Notes under the pieces: model-generated
Database searches by the model: none
What the model saw: the letters and a program-made list of their open reading frames with translations, nothing else
What the model was told of the DNA's origin: nothing
Made by a program: the position numbers and the translations under genes
Shown: positions 1-7,950 of the stretch, piece by piece
Numbering within the stretch: the stretch's first letter is position 1
Layout: every line of letters starts with the position of its first letter
DNA from: a virus
Taxonomy: Duplodnaviria > Caudoviricetes
Direction: 5' to 3' (one strand)
DNA length: 30,472 nucleotides
Virus record (IMG/VR): IMGVR_UViG_3300043391_000022
Span: 1 to 30,472 of that record

Positions 1-1
1 G

Positions 2-157
2 GATAAAGACGGAAACCTGTTATTTACTCTCAAAGTGTTTGACGCTAACTGTTGCACGATGAGCATCACCAATTCTCTACTGTTGGACAGTGGCAATCTG
101 GAAGAAACCTTGGACGCCGTGCGCCGTGGCGTAAAGTTGTTGGGGATTGAACAATGA
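2..157 (+). CDS. partial hypothetical protein (5' truncated by window edge)
   Basis: Frame 2 is open from the window start (DKDGNLLFTLKVFDANCC...GVKLLGIEQ*); its TGA overlaps the next ATG (ATGA at 154-157). Confidence 0.7.
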   Translation, partial: DKDGNLLFTLKVFDANCCTMSITNSLLLDSGNLEETLDAVRRGVKLLGIEQ

Positions 158-366
158 GCACTACGGCCACCAAAACCTTTACCCCTTTTCAATGGAAGAA
201 AGATCCAAGACCCAGCATATTTTTAATAGACCCGCATTTCAGAAGCCGCTTCAAAGCAGGGCTGATCGACGATGACGATGGCCTTAAGTACAAGCAGTTT
301 GGTACTAACCATTTGTCACCCATTCCTTTAGCAAAAAAACTAACAAACAACGATGACCAAAATTGA
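154..366 (+). CDS. hypothetical phage protein (70 aa)
   Basis: Tightly coupled ORF overlapping both neighbours. Confidence 0.65.
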   Translation: MSTTATKTFTPFQWKKDPRPSIFLIDPHFRSRFKAGLIDDDDGLKYKQFGTNHLSPIPLAKKLTNNDDQN

Positions 367-1147
367 CATTAACAAAATCCGCATTGATGGCGGTACACAA
401 TCTCGTAAACAGGTTTACGAAGACACTGTTAAAAATTACACCGAGCTGCTATTGGAAGGCGTGATCTTCACTGGGGTCACAGTTTTTAATGACGGCAAGA
501 ATATCTGGCTGGGTGATGGCTTCCACCGTTATCACGCTCACAATCGAGCTGGTCACAAGACTATTGAATGCAATGTCATAACCGGAACCAAGCGTGATGC
601 TTGGATATTTTCTCGCAGTGCGAACGCCGACCATGGGTTGCAACGTACCAACGAAGAGAAGCGCGACATTGTTATTTCAGTGTTGCAGGACATTGAGTAT
701 GCAGACGCAACAGACCGTGAGATAGCCAAGATTTGCAGAGTATCGGCAATGACCGTTGGCCGTGTACGCAAGGCTTTGGAATTAAACAAGAAGCAGGATC
801 TTCCGCCACCGCCAGCAGCCAAGCCTAGCATCAAGCCAACCGAATCTGAAGCGCCACAGGACCACTCTGAGGATGACAAGATAGAGGAGATGAAGTCCGA
901 GATGCAGTTTATCGCAGAAGAGAACGCCAATTTGAAAGACAAACTTGCCGTCATGAACATGAACGTTAATGACGAAGCTCAAGTTCAAGTGGCAATGACC
1001 ATTGAAGAGTTGCGTGCCCAAGTAAAGGACTTGGAGATACAGCTCAAAGCAGTAACCATGTCTCGCAATGACTTTCAGAACAAATTTGCTGAAGCGATTA
1101 AGCAGGTGAACTACTGGAAGAAACGAGCTGAGAAAGCTGGGAAGTAA
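353..1147 (+). CDS. ParB/Srx-domain protein with HTH and C-terminal coiled coil
   Basis: GTQSR and WLGDGFHR ParB N-terminal motifs; HTH-like TDREIAKICRVSAMTVGRVR; Pro-rich linker; heptad-rich C-terminus. Confidence 0.85.
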   Translation: MTKIDINKIRIDGGTQSRKQVYEDTVKNYTELLLEGVIFTGVTVFNDGKNIWLGDGFHRYHAHNRAGHKTIECNVITGTKRDAWIFSRSANADHGLQRTNEEKRDIVISVLQDIEYADATDREIAKICRVSAMTVGRVRKALELNKKQDLPPPPAAKPSIKPTESEAPQDHSEDDKIEEMKSEMQFIAEENANLKDKLAVMNMNVNDEAQVQVAMTIEELRAQVKDLEIQLKAVTMSRNDFQNKFAEAIKQVNYWKKRAEKAGK

Positions 1148-1152
1148 TTAAC

Positions 1153-1180
1153 GCGAAGCTGGGCGCTTTCCCAGCAGGAG
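1153..1180 (+). promoter_or_regulatory. hairpin / small H-type pseudoknot abutting the helicase RBS
   Basis: gctggg(1158-63)/cccagc(1170-75) stem; loop cgc(1164-66) complementary to upstream gcg(1153-55); AGGAG follows immediately. Confidence 0.45.
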
Positions 1181-1186
1181 ATTCAA

Positions 1187-2656
1187 ATGCTTTCATTGCG
1201 TCCCCACCAATCTGAAGTGGTGGAAAAGATTACCCAAGGTTTTGCGGATGGGCACCGCTGCCAGTTGCTGTATGCACCGACTGGTTTTGGCAAGACTGAG
1301 GTAGCCATGGCTATCATGAAAGAAGTCTCGCGCAATTTCAAGAAGACGGCCATGGTCTTGGACCGGATCGTTTTGGTAGATCAAACCAGCGCCAGACTGT
1401 CACGCTACCACATAGACCATGGCGTCATGATGGCAGGGCACTGGAGGTACAGGCCGCACGAGCGTATTCAGGTTTGCAGCGCAGCCACACTGGAGAGGCG
1501 CAAACAAACTTTGGACATCGAGCTGCTCATCATTGATGAATGCCACATCAACCGCAAAAGCACAATCGAGTTGATCAAAGCCAACCCTCAAATGAAGGTG
1601 ATTGGCTTGACGGCCACACCCTTCACGAAAGGGTTAGGTGATCTGTACACACATGTGGTCGGTGCCAAATCTACGGGAGCATTGATTGAGGATGGTTGGC
1701 TGACACCTCTGAGGATCTTTATTGCCAAAGAGATTGATATGACGGGGGCCAAGAAGGTAGCCGGCGAGTGGGCGCAAGACGAGGTAAGCGAACGCGGCAT
1801 GAAGATCACAGGCGACATTGTGGCCGAGTGGATCAAGCAGACCAACCGGATCTTTGGCAAGCCCGTAAAGACGGTGGTGTTCTCTGCTGGGGTAGCGCAC
1901 GGTCAGGACTTAGCGCGTCAGTTCAAAGAGCAGGGCTACAACTTTGTGTCCATCTCTTACAGGGAGGATGATGAATACAAGCGTTCAATGATCGAGGATT
2001 TTGCCAAGCCAGACACTGAGATACACGGGTTGATTGCCACCGACATTCTTACGCGAGGGTTTGATGTCCCCGATGTGATGATTGGCGTATCGGCTAGGCC
2101 ATTCTCAAAGTCATTTAGCTCGCACGTCCAGCAGATGGGGCGAATAATGCGTCCGTTTGAGGGCAAGAAGTACGGTGTTTGGCTTGATCATTCAGGTAAC
2201 TACCTACGTTTCAGGGCAGATTGGGAGAAGCTTTTTACAGAAGGAGTGACGGAACTCACCAAAGATGGCGAGAAAGCCAAGAAAGAGCCAGATGAAAAGG
2301 AGAAGAAAGAATCCAAATGTCCAGTGTGCGAAGCTTTGTGGACGTTTAGCAGCAATATCTGTGGGTCGTGTGGTTATATAAAGCCGATAAAGAGTGTGGC
2401 TTCGGTGGCTGGAGAGCTGCACGAGCTTGCCGGGGAGGGCGATAGAATGCGTGCCGAGCAGCAGTCGTTCTATTCTGAATTGTTGTTTTACGCAAGGTCG
2501 CGTGACTTCAAAGAAGGTTGGGCAGCGCACAAATACAAAGAGAAATTTGGCGTTTTTCCACGAAACTTGAGTTCAAGCTCTTTACAAATTACAAACAAAA
2601 CATTGAGCTGGATCAGGTCGCGCAACATAGCGTGGGCCAAATCCAAGAGGGCATAA
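1187..2656 (+). CDS. superfamily 2 DExH helicase (RadD/YejH-like) with C-terminal Zn finger
   Basis: Q motif LRPHQ, Walker A APTGFGKT, Walker B IIDECH, motif III TAT, TRGFD, motif VI QQMGRIMR, CPVC..CGSC; AGGAG RBS. Confidence 0.93.
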   Translation: MLSLRPHQSEVVEKITQGFADGHRCQLLYAPTGFGKTEVAMAIMKEVSRNFKKTAMVLDRIVLVDQTSARLSRYHIDHGVMMAGHWRYRPHERIQVCSAATLERRKQTLDIELLIIDECHINRKSTIELIKANPQMKVIGLTATPFTKGLGDLYTHVVGAKSTGALIEDGWLTPLRIFIAKEIDMTGAKKVAGEWAQDEVSERGMKITGDIVAEWIKQTNRIFGKPVKTVVFSAGVAHGQDLARQFKEQGYNFVSISYREDDEYKRSMIEDFAKPDTEIHGLIATDILTRGFDVPDVMIGVSARPFSKSFSSHVQQMGRIMRPFEGKKYGVWLDHSGNYLRFRADWEKLFTEGVTELTKDGEKAKKEPDEKEKKESKCPVCEALWTFSSNICGSCGYIKPIKSVASVAGELHELAGEGDRMRAEQQSFYSELLFYARSRDFKEGWAAHKYKEKFGVFPRNLSSSSLQITNKTLSWIRSRNIAWAKSKRA

Positions 2657-2658
2657 GA

Positions 2659-3453
2659 ATGAATTTTGAACAGTTTGCAGAAATGCACGGGTTACTCATT
2701 CGTAGCCTGATGCTGGACAAATGGGTGCGTGTTCCGACCTTGGATCACCCCAAGAAAATGAACGGTGCGTACATCTTTGACGGCCAGTCTGGTGCCATAA
2801 TCAATTTTGCCATGCACGAAAAGCATATTATTTTCAAGTCAGATGAACCGTACAGGCCAGACCCACAGATGAGGGCCAAGCGCGAGCAGGCAGAAAAAGA
2901 GCGTCATGCCAGACAACAACAAGCCGCCGGTAGGGCTGTTGGCATTGTCAAATCTGCGGTGCGCGGCCACCATCCGTATCTTGACCGGAAAGGATTCCCG
3001 GAACAGGAAGGTATTGTTTGGCTTGGCAGTCTGGTCCTGCCGATGCGCATTAAAGACAAAATAGTTGGCTGCCAGTTAATAGGTCCAGATGGCACAAAGC
3101 GTTTTCTGGCCGGCCAAATCACCAAAAGCGCCAGTCTGGTGATTGACAACAAGGGACCGGATGTGTTGGTGGAGGGGTTTGCTACGGGCCTGTCGGTGCG
3201 TCGTGCGCTCAAATCTGTGCGGCAGCGGTATCGGATTCACGTTTGTTTTTCGGCAGGGAATATGCTTGAGATAGCCAAAGGGATGCAAGACCCGTTGGTG
3301 GTCGCCGATAACGATGTCAGTGGAGTAGGCCAAGGTGCAGCCAAAAAAATATCCTCACGCATCTGGCTAGGCCAATTGGGGGAGGATTTTAATGATGCCG
3401 AGATACGCATGGGTACCTCGGCAGCTGCGGATTTACTTCGTCAATTCTTCTGA
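2659..3453 (+). CDS. Toprim-domain primase-like protein
   Basis: HPYLDRKG, VEGFATG, ADND and GEDFND Toprim motifs; likely start is the ATG at 2659, two bases after the helicase stop, not 2518. Confidence 0.85.
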   Translation: MNFEQFAEMHGLLIRSLMLDKWVRVPTLDHPKKMNGAYIFDGQSGAIINFAMHEKHIIFKSDEPYRPDPQMRAKREQAEKERHARQQQAAGRAVGIVKSAVRGHHPYLDRKGFPEQEGIVWLGSLVLPMRIKDKIVGCQLIGPDGTKRFLAGQITKSASLVIDNKGPDVLVEGFATGLSVRRALKSVRQRYRIHVCFSAGNMLEIAKGMQDPLVVADNDVSGVGQGAAKKISSRIWLGQLGEDFNDAEIRMGTSAAADLLRQFF

Positions 3454-3630
3454 AGGCCAGTCGTGAAACTTGACGAACAGGTCGCCAAAGGCTTGGACTA
3501 GCCTTCCTGCATTGGTAGAGTCTGCGCGGAAGAATGCTTGTGCAATGGCACTGGCAAAGCTTCCGCCGATTTTCTCCATGGTTCTCGCAGATTTAAATAG
3601 TTGGTCGTAGGTCAAGTCGGTGGCATTCAT
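3433..3630 (-). CDS. hypothetical early phage protein (65 aa)
   Basis: Last gene of the - strand operon; GGSFASAIAQAFFRAD motif; overlaps the upstream gene by ATGA. Confidence 0.75.
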   Translation of the reverse strand: MNATDLTYDQLFKSARTMEKIGGSFASAIAQAFFRADSTNAGRLVQAFGDLFVKFHDWPSEELTK

Positions 3631-3920
3631 ACAAACTCCTTTGGTATTTCAATTTGGTCATTCCATTTGTAAACAACGTAGCAGCGCATGGCGGCCATCA
3701 AGGGTGTATCCCCACTGCAAGGTGCGTGCGTGCCTACCATTGCCCACCACCCCCGCCCAGCTCGCGAAAGTTCAATGCCCTCGCGTTCAATTAAGGGACC
3801 GCCCTGTGCCCAGTCAGTCGATGGGTGATAGTCTTCTATGGCCAAGTTGCTGCGGCCATGGCTATAAGCCACAGCGTAGTCCAAGGCTTGACCTTGCAGC
3901 TCGCGTGTGTTAACTCGCAT
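3627..3920 (-). CDS. DUF2591/NinX-like phage protein
   Basis: ELQGQALDYAVA, YHPSTDWAQGGPLIERE and PLMAAMRCYV motifs; start at 3920 preceded by AAGGAG. Confidence 0.75.
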   Translation of the reverse strand: MRVNTRELQGQALDYAVAYSHGRSNLAIEDYHPSTDWAQGGPLIEREGIELSRAGRGWWAMVGTHAPCSGDTPLMAAMRCYVVYKWNDQIEIPKEFV

Positions 3921-4092
3921 TTGTTGCTCCTTTGCGGCACTCGTCCATCCAAGCAAATAGCGCGGCCTTTGCTTCGGACCTGCTCATGTCAAATGTATCT
4001 TCAAGATAGGGCACGGCCCCGAACATATTGGTTATGCCCGAGTCGCGCAAACCTTCAAGATATGCGTTGATGTCTTCAGTTGTGTGTTTCAT
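3910..4092 (-). CDS. hypothetical early phage protein (60 aa)
   Basis: YLEGLRDSGITNMFGAVPYL motif; AGGA RBS; overlapping operon organisation. Confidence 0.75.
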   Translation of the reverse strand: MKHTTEDINAYLEGLRDSGITNMFGAVPYLEDTFDMSRSEAKAALFAWMDECRKGATNAS

Positions 4093-4294
4093 GTTTGATT
4101 CCTAGTTCGATTAAGTGTTTTTCAAATTGCTCCAGTACTTGGCGTCTGGTGCCTTTGAATCCGGTTTCGGCTTTGATGATCTGGTAGCAGCTGCGGCCCC
4201 GCATCCTCATTCCCCTTACTTCAAGCTTTAGACCCGAGAGTAGAGTCAGCAGCCGGAAGTTGAGAATCTGATCAGCGTCAGTCATGATGGTCAT
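4076..4294 (-). CDS. hypothetical early phage protein (72 aa)
   Basis: Coupled ORF in the - strand operon. Confidence 0.7.
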   Translation of the reverse strand: MTIMTDADQILNFRLLTLLSGLKLEVRGMRMRGRSCYQIIKAETGFKGTRRQVLEQFEKHLIELGIKHETHN

Positions 4295-4492
4295 TCAATA
4301 GTCCTCATCAATTCGTTCGTCAACGTCCGATTGGTCGTATCCGGTCAGGATGTGCGGTCGGTAACGATACAGTTTGTAGACTTCGCATTTTTCGCAGACA
4401 CGGCACAGCGGGATGCCTTGTGCATCGCTAATCCACCATGAACCGTCTTCAGTGTTGTGCATTTTGCAAGGGTCTTTCATACATTTATCCAT
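4295..4492 (-). CDS. small Cys-rich hypothetical protein
   Basis: DAQGIPLCRVCEKC motif; abuts neighbours. Confidence 0.7.
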   Translation of the reverse strand: MDKCMKDPCKMHNTEDGSWWISDAQGIPLCRVCEKCEVYKLYRYRPHILTGYDQSDVDERIDEDY

Positions 4493-4674
4493 TTGAGTTT
4501 GAAAACAGTTGGGAAATACTCTTGAGAATATTCCTCTACCCAGACCCGTCCCGTACTGGAGGGTTTGTGCGGTGGTCTGCCACCTTTGATGTGAAAGTCT
4601 TCGACCTTCTCGTTCTGCTCTACGGGAACGCCAGTGTCAGCGTGGACCAATACCCAGTTGTCTACAGTAATCAT
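4477..4674 (-). CDS. hypothetical early phage protein (65 aa)
   Basis: GGRPPHKPSSTGRVWV motif; ATGA overlap with upstream gene. Confidence 0.7.
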   Translation of the reverse strand: MITVDNWVLVHADTGVPVEQNEKVEDFHIKGGRPPHKPSSTGRVWVEEYSQEYFPTVFKLKWINV

Positions 4675-5354
4675 GCTGATATCCTTCTAAGTGGAATGAC
4701 CCGTCTTGCGAGCAGGTCGGCTTGCTTGGCACGCATACCATGTGCGCGAAACCCAATGATTGATGTCCGGTCCGCCCGTTGGCACAGGCCACAAGTGGCA
4801 CACGTTATGTGGTTTGTCGTTTGTGCAGGGCACACAAGGATGTAGCGTCCCTCTGGAGTCATGGAATGCTTGGGTGTGTCCATGGGCACCACAACGGCCA
4901 CAGGCAGTCCATGCTTTGCGAGTCGGTCTGCGTGCCCTGCATCGTCTGCCGATAGGTTAACGGTGAATCCCCAAGCAGTCGCGTGCTTTGCCCATTTGAT
5001 GGCTTTCTTGGAATGCTTGTGTGTGTACGCAAACCCTCTACGTCCTTTGTTGGCTTTGACGATCTGGCCTAATGCGTAGGCGTCAACGTCTTCACCCAGA
5101 CCGGCCAAGTCACCGGCCACACCGTAACGCCAAAGTTGATTCTCAGGCAGCAGCGTGATCTGGTGCGTCAGCTCATCCAGTTCGATGCCCTTGTCGTCCA
5201 CCCGATTCCAATTCAGTCGGGTGTGGAATTGCTCAGCGTAGCAAGTCGTGCGGTAATGCACGCAGCTCGGAGGGCACGTTGACGATGCGTTATAGGTCTG
5301 GGGTATCGGACCCGTCTTACGGTTTGCGCTCGTGCGAATGAACAGGTATTTCAT
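4671..5354 (-). CDS. Cys-rich putative Fe-S / radical-SAM-like phage protein
   Basis: NRKTGPIP, CPPSC-x6-CYA, WRYGVAGD, AYTH, VNLSAD and C-terminal CPAQ..CATCGLC; AGGAG RBS. Fe-S function is inferred. Confidence 0.7.
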   Translation of the reverse strand: MKYLFIRTSANRKTGPIPQTYNASSTCPPSCVHYRTTCYAEQFHTRLNWNRVDDKGIELDELTHQITLLPENQLWRYGVAGDLAGLGEDVDAYALGQIVKANKGRRGFAYTHKHSKKAIKWAKHATAWGFTVNLSADDAGHADRLAKHGLPVAVVVPMDTPKHSMTPEGRYILVCPAQTTNHITCATCGLCQRADRTSIIGFRAHGMRAKQADLLARRVIPLRRISA

Positions 5355-5364
5355 GTCGTCTCCT
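5350..5364 (-). repeat. 15-bp start-associated repeat, copy 1 (AGGAGACGACATGAA on -)
   Basis: ttcatgtcgtctcct is identical at 5350-5364 and 5630-5644. Confidence 0.9.
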
Positions 5365-5367
5365 TAT

Positions 5368-5634
5368 TTAAAGATCAACTACTTGGTCAAGTGAGTCGTT
5401 GATGCTGTCGCAGGCATCACCAATTGTGTTGGCAAGGTCTTCCATCAAACTGATAGCCTCTTCCATGGCTTGTCCCTTTTCGGAACCTTGCAAGCCCTCT
5501 GGCATATTGTCAAAAGCCTCTTGCTCTTCGTTCTGCACGTCCTCCATATCTTGCTGACAACTGTTCAGTTTTTCCAGTGCCGATAAGATGCGTTCTTGGA
5601 CTTTGGCAATTGTTTTGCGGCGATCTGCGTTCAT
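5368..5634 (-). CDS. acidic coiled-coil phage protein (88 aa)
   Basis: MNADRRK...EEQEAFDNMPEGLQGSEKGQAMEEA; AGGAG RBS. Confidence 0.8.
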   Translation of the reverse strand: MNADRRKTIAKVQERILSALEKLNSCQQDMEDVQNEEQEAFDNMPEGLQGSEKGQAMEEAISLMEDLANTIGDACDSINDSLDQVVDL

Positions 5635-5644
5635 GTCGTCTCCT
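5630..5644 (-). repeat. 15-bp start-associated repeat, copy 2
   Basis: Identical to 5350-5364. Confidence 0.9.
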
Positions 5645-6027
5645 CAATGCGTCTTTAGTGCAGTGACATTCATACGAACCGATTCTTCTCCGGTGGTCGT
5701 ATGCGCAGCAATTAGTTGGCGGCTAGGCTTAAGCTTGGTAGCGACTGCCTTCCAGTTGATCTTTACGGCCCCTTTGCAGCTCGCAAAAGAAACGCGATAG
5801 AAGTCTCCCTCGATTTCCTTCAGGCCTGCATCCTCCAGCTCGGTCCGCAGCGTGTCTAGCTCGGTCTGGGTTTGTGCCAAGACAGCACGCAGCAGCCCAA
5901 TGCGGTCGGCCTTGCGTGCAGCAGCTGCAGCAGCGGTGGGCACATCGGTAACATCTCCAGATGTGTGGATTCGTGGCATTGCGCGTGCAAGGCTTTGCGC
6001 AAGTTCAATCATGTCGTTCGGTTTCAT
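5644..6027 (-). CDS. hypothetical early phage protein (127 aa)
   Basis: Likely start ATG at 6027 with AGGAG RBS; DRIGLLRA...INWKAVA motifs. Confidence 0.75.
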   Translation of the reverse strand: MKPNDMIELAQSLARAMPRIHTSGDVTDVPTAAAAAARKADRIGLLRAVLAQTQTELDTLRTELEDAGLKEIEGDFYRVSFASCKGAVKINWKAVATKLKPSRQLIAAHTTTGEESVRMNVTALKTH

Positions 6028-6044
6028 GTGTACTCCTAGTCGGG

Positions 6045-6088
6045 AAGATTCCCCCCAAGCCCTGCACGCAAGGCTTGAAGTCAATCTC
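6045..6088 (-). promoter_or_regulatory. long intergenic stem-loop with internal loop (RNase III site-like)
   Basis: On -: gagatt-gac-ttcaagccttgc..gcagggcttggg-gg-gaatctt; G-U pairs favour the - strand RNA; lies between a stop codon and the next RBS. Confidence 0.55.
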
Positions 6089-6242
6089 AGCCTCTCCAAG
6101 CCAGCAGCAGACCGATCAGACCGATCACAAGCAGGCAGGCCACAGTGATCAGAAAGTCAACTACGGCAGCAGCTCGCTTTTCTACGCGGGTTTCAAACAG
6201 TCGGCGATTGATCTCGCGTGCGTATTGGGTGTGTTTGTTCAT
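6087..6242 (-). CDS. small membrane protein (51 aa; not in ORF track)
   Basis: MNKHTQYAREINRRLFETRVEKRAAAVVDFLITVACLLVIGLIGLLLAWRG*; AAGGA RBS; C-terminal TM helix. Confidence 0.75.
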   Translation of the reverse strand: MNKHTQYAREINRRLFETRVEKRAAAVVDFLITVACLLVIGLIGLLLAWRG

Positions 6243-6245
6243 GGC

Positions 6246-6416
6246 TTAGTCCTTGTCAAAGTAAAACTCGTTCAGCGGGGCATCTACGTTGCCCTCCTTG
6301 TATACGGTGATAACCATGCCGTCTTCGTTTGTGTGTATGCGCACAGAGAATTGATTTACATCAATCCATGCAGCACCATCGGTCAGGGTGTAGTCGTTGT
6401 CGGTCAAGGGGATCAT
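6246..6416 (-). CDS. small acidic protein (56 aa; not in ORF track)
   Basis: MIPLTDNDYTLTDGAAWIDVNQFSVRIHTNEDGMVITVYKEGNVDAPLNEFYFDKD*; AAGGA RBS. Confidence 0.75.
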   Translation of the reverse strand: MIPLTDNDYTLTDGAAWIDVNQFSVRIHTNEDGMVITVYKEGNVDAPLNEFYFDKD

Positions 6417-6499
6417 GGCTTGGTCCTTTGTTGTTGGCGCATTTCTTCAATTGTGAGGATGAGTCTGGCTCGGGCAATAAGGGCAAGTAGTTTGTTCAT
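6413..6499 (-). CDS. 28-aa microprotein (not in ORF track)
   Basis: MNKLLALIARARLILTIEEMRQQQRTKP*; ATGA overlaps at both ends. Confidence 0.55.
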   Translation of the reverse strand: MNKLLALIARARLILTIEEMRQQQRTKP

Positions 6500-6888
6500 T
6501 CGTCCGCCTGATGAATGTCTTCGGCCATAGTCCAAGTCACAGTGGAGTTATTCAAGATCTTCTCAGCGAGCACATCATCGAAGTCGAATCGTTCACCATC
6601 AGGCAGCAGGATGATGACTGGCTCATTGGGCCAACAGGCATTGCTCTCACGTTCGTCATACAGGGCAGCAGCCAAGTAGGCACGCAGATCTTCAACGGTG
6701 TTATCGCTGTAAGAAGCAGGGACCATAGGCCAAGGACAAGTGTCGCAGTCTCCGCCCTCGTAACGCTTGAACAGGATAGACGGCAGCTCAGGCCGGTTAT
6801 AGCTCTCAGGTCCATAGCGGTCCATGTCGTTTCCCCCGTGTGGGAAGTGGAGATAGCCGTTCTTTTCAATCAGTTGGAATGTCTTCAT
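6496..6888 (-). CDS. first gene of early operon, acidic hypothetical (130 aa)
   Basis: AAGGA RBS upstream; directly downstream of the leftward promoter. Confidence 0.75.
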   Translation of the reverse strand: MKTFQLIEKNGYLHFPHGGNDMDRYGPESYNRPELPSILFKRYEGGDCDTCPWPMVPASYSDNTVEDLRAYLAAALYDERESNACWPNEPVIILLPDGERFDFDDVLAEKILNNSTVTWTMAEDIHQADE

Positions 6889-6907
6889 CTCAGTCCTTTA
6901 GGTTGGT

Positions 6908-6938
6908 TGCAATACATGGGTCTAGCCCATGTATTGCA
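6908..6938. repeat. perfect 13-bp inverted repeat
   Basis: tgcaatacatggg-tctag-cccatgtattgca. Confidence 0.9.
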
Positions 6939-6986
6939 TTACAGCATAGATATTTAAGGTCTTGCAAGCTTTTTTTAAATTATTTT
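6938..6986 (-). promoter_or_regulatory. leftward sigma70-like early promoter with UP-like element
   Basis: On -: A-rich tract, TTGCAA (6967-6962), 18 nt, TG-n-TGTAAT (6943-6938). Confidence 0.55.
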
Positions 6987-7018
6987 GCTTAGGCCGCGTT
7001 GGTCTGGGTCCGGTCTGG

Positions 7019-7034
7019 GTGTAACAAGTTACAC
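7019..7034. promoter_or_regulatory. palindromic operator-like site GTGTAAC-AA-GTTACAC
   Basis: 16-bp palindrome; near-identical copy at 7902-7916. Confidence 0.7.
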
Positions 7035-7057
7035 AAGGCAGCTCGCGCATGGGGGGA

Positions 7058-7086
7058 TTGCAAGGCAGCTCAAGATCATGTATCGT
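7058..7086 (+). promoter_or_regulatory. rightward sigma70-like promoter for terS
   Basis: TTGCAA (7058-63), 17 nt, TATCGT (7081-86), upstream of ATG 7119. Confidence 0.55.
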
Positions 7087-7118
7087 GGATACTCATTGTG
7101 TACCCAAGCAAACAGACC

Positions 7119-7862
7119 ATGACCGAACAGACCCAGACCGCAAAGCCCGCAAAGTCTAAGCCTATGAAAAAGCTTACTCGCGCACAGATCACGCAAGGAC
7201 TAGAACAGTTCCCCGTAGAAGTGTTACTCAGCAGCGGTAAGGGCAAACAAGCGCAGCTCACCACAAAGCAAAGAGAGTTTGCTCACGGCCTGGCAATGGG
7301 CAAGACCAAGGCTCAGGCATACAGGGATAGTAGGCAAGGCAAGCCAGCACCGTCCACAATCGTTTGCCAACCTTACAAGCTCGCAGCTGACGCAAGGATC
7401 CAACAAGAGGTCGAAGCCTACAAACTGGCAATAGAGGCAGAGAAACATCGAACCCCTGCTCAATTGAAGTCTTTACTCGTACAGCAGCTCGTTCAGCACA
7501 CGTTGGATGAGGACTTCCCCCCTGCTCAGAGAGTCCAGTGCTTGAAGCTACTTGGCCAGTTGTTCGAGGTCGGGGCCTTCGTTGAGCATAAACAAGTGAC
7601 GACCATCAACCGATCTGGTGACATCCGCGCGCGCATACTGGAGACACTCAAGGATGTGACTGATGTCTCTGCTCTGGACGATGGCCTAGACCTGCTCGAA
7701 GAGATCAGCCAAACGGCCAGTGTGAGCAGCGGCCCATCCGCCGACCCCACCACCGGGGCACCCCCACATTCTGACGTGGCCGCGCCTGAGGTTACTACGC
7801 ATACTATTCCACTCACTAAATCCCAAGAAATATCCGATGGCCCCCTTGAGTTCCAAACGTAA
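7119..7862 (+). CDS. terS: terminase small subunit (putative)
   Basis: HTH-type LTTKQREFAHGLAMGKTKAQAYRDS typical of TerS; located upstream of terL; start at 7119 or a slightly later ATG. Confidence 0.7.
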   Translation: MTEQTQTAKPAKSKPMKKLTRAQITQGLEQFPVEVLLSSGKGKQAQLTTKQREFAHGLAMGKTKAQAYRDSRQGKPAPSTIVCQPYKLAADARIQQEVEAYKLAIEAEKHRTPAQLKSLLVQQLVQHTLDEDFPPAQRVQCLKLLGQLFEVGAFVEHKQVTTINRSGDIRARILETLKDVTDVSALDDGLDLLEEISQTASVSSGPSADPTTGAPPHSDVAAPEVTTHTIPLTKSQEISDGPLEFQT

Positions 7863-7901
7863 AAGTGCCATATATATTTTTTGTATAAAAAAGCATTACA
7901 A

Positions 7902-7916
7902 GTGTAACTAGTTACA
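7902..7916. promoter_or_regulatory. palindromic operator-like site (G)TGTAAC-TA-GTTACA
   Basis: 14-bp perfect palindrome in the AT-rich spacer after terS. Confidence 0.7.
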
Positions 7917-7950
7917 TTGATAGAAAATTAGTATTCAAAAAGGAAATTTT

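Noticed and set aside
6108-6128. Tandem cagaccgat repeat
   Set aside because: Encodes IGL-IGL in a TM helix; only two copies.
5961-6530. 189-aa + strand ORF and other + ORFs across 3620-6957
   Set aside because: Antisense shadows of RBS-supported, coupled - strand genes.
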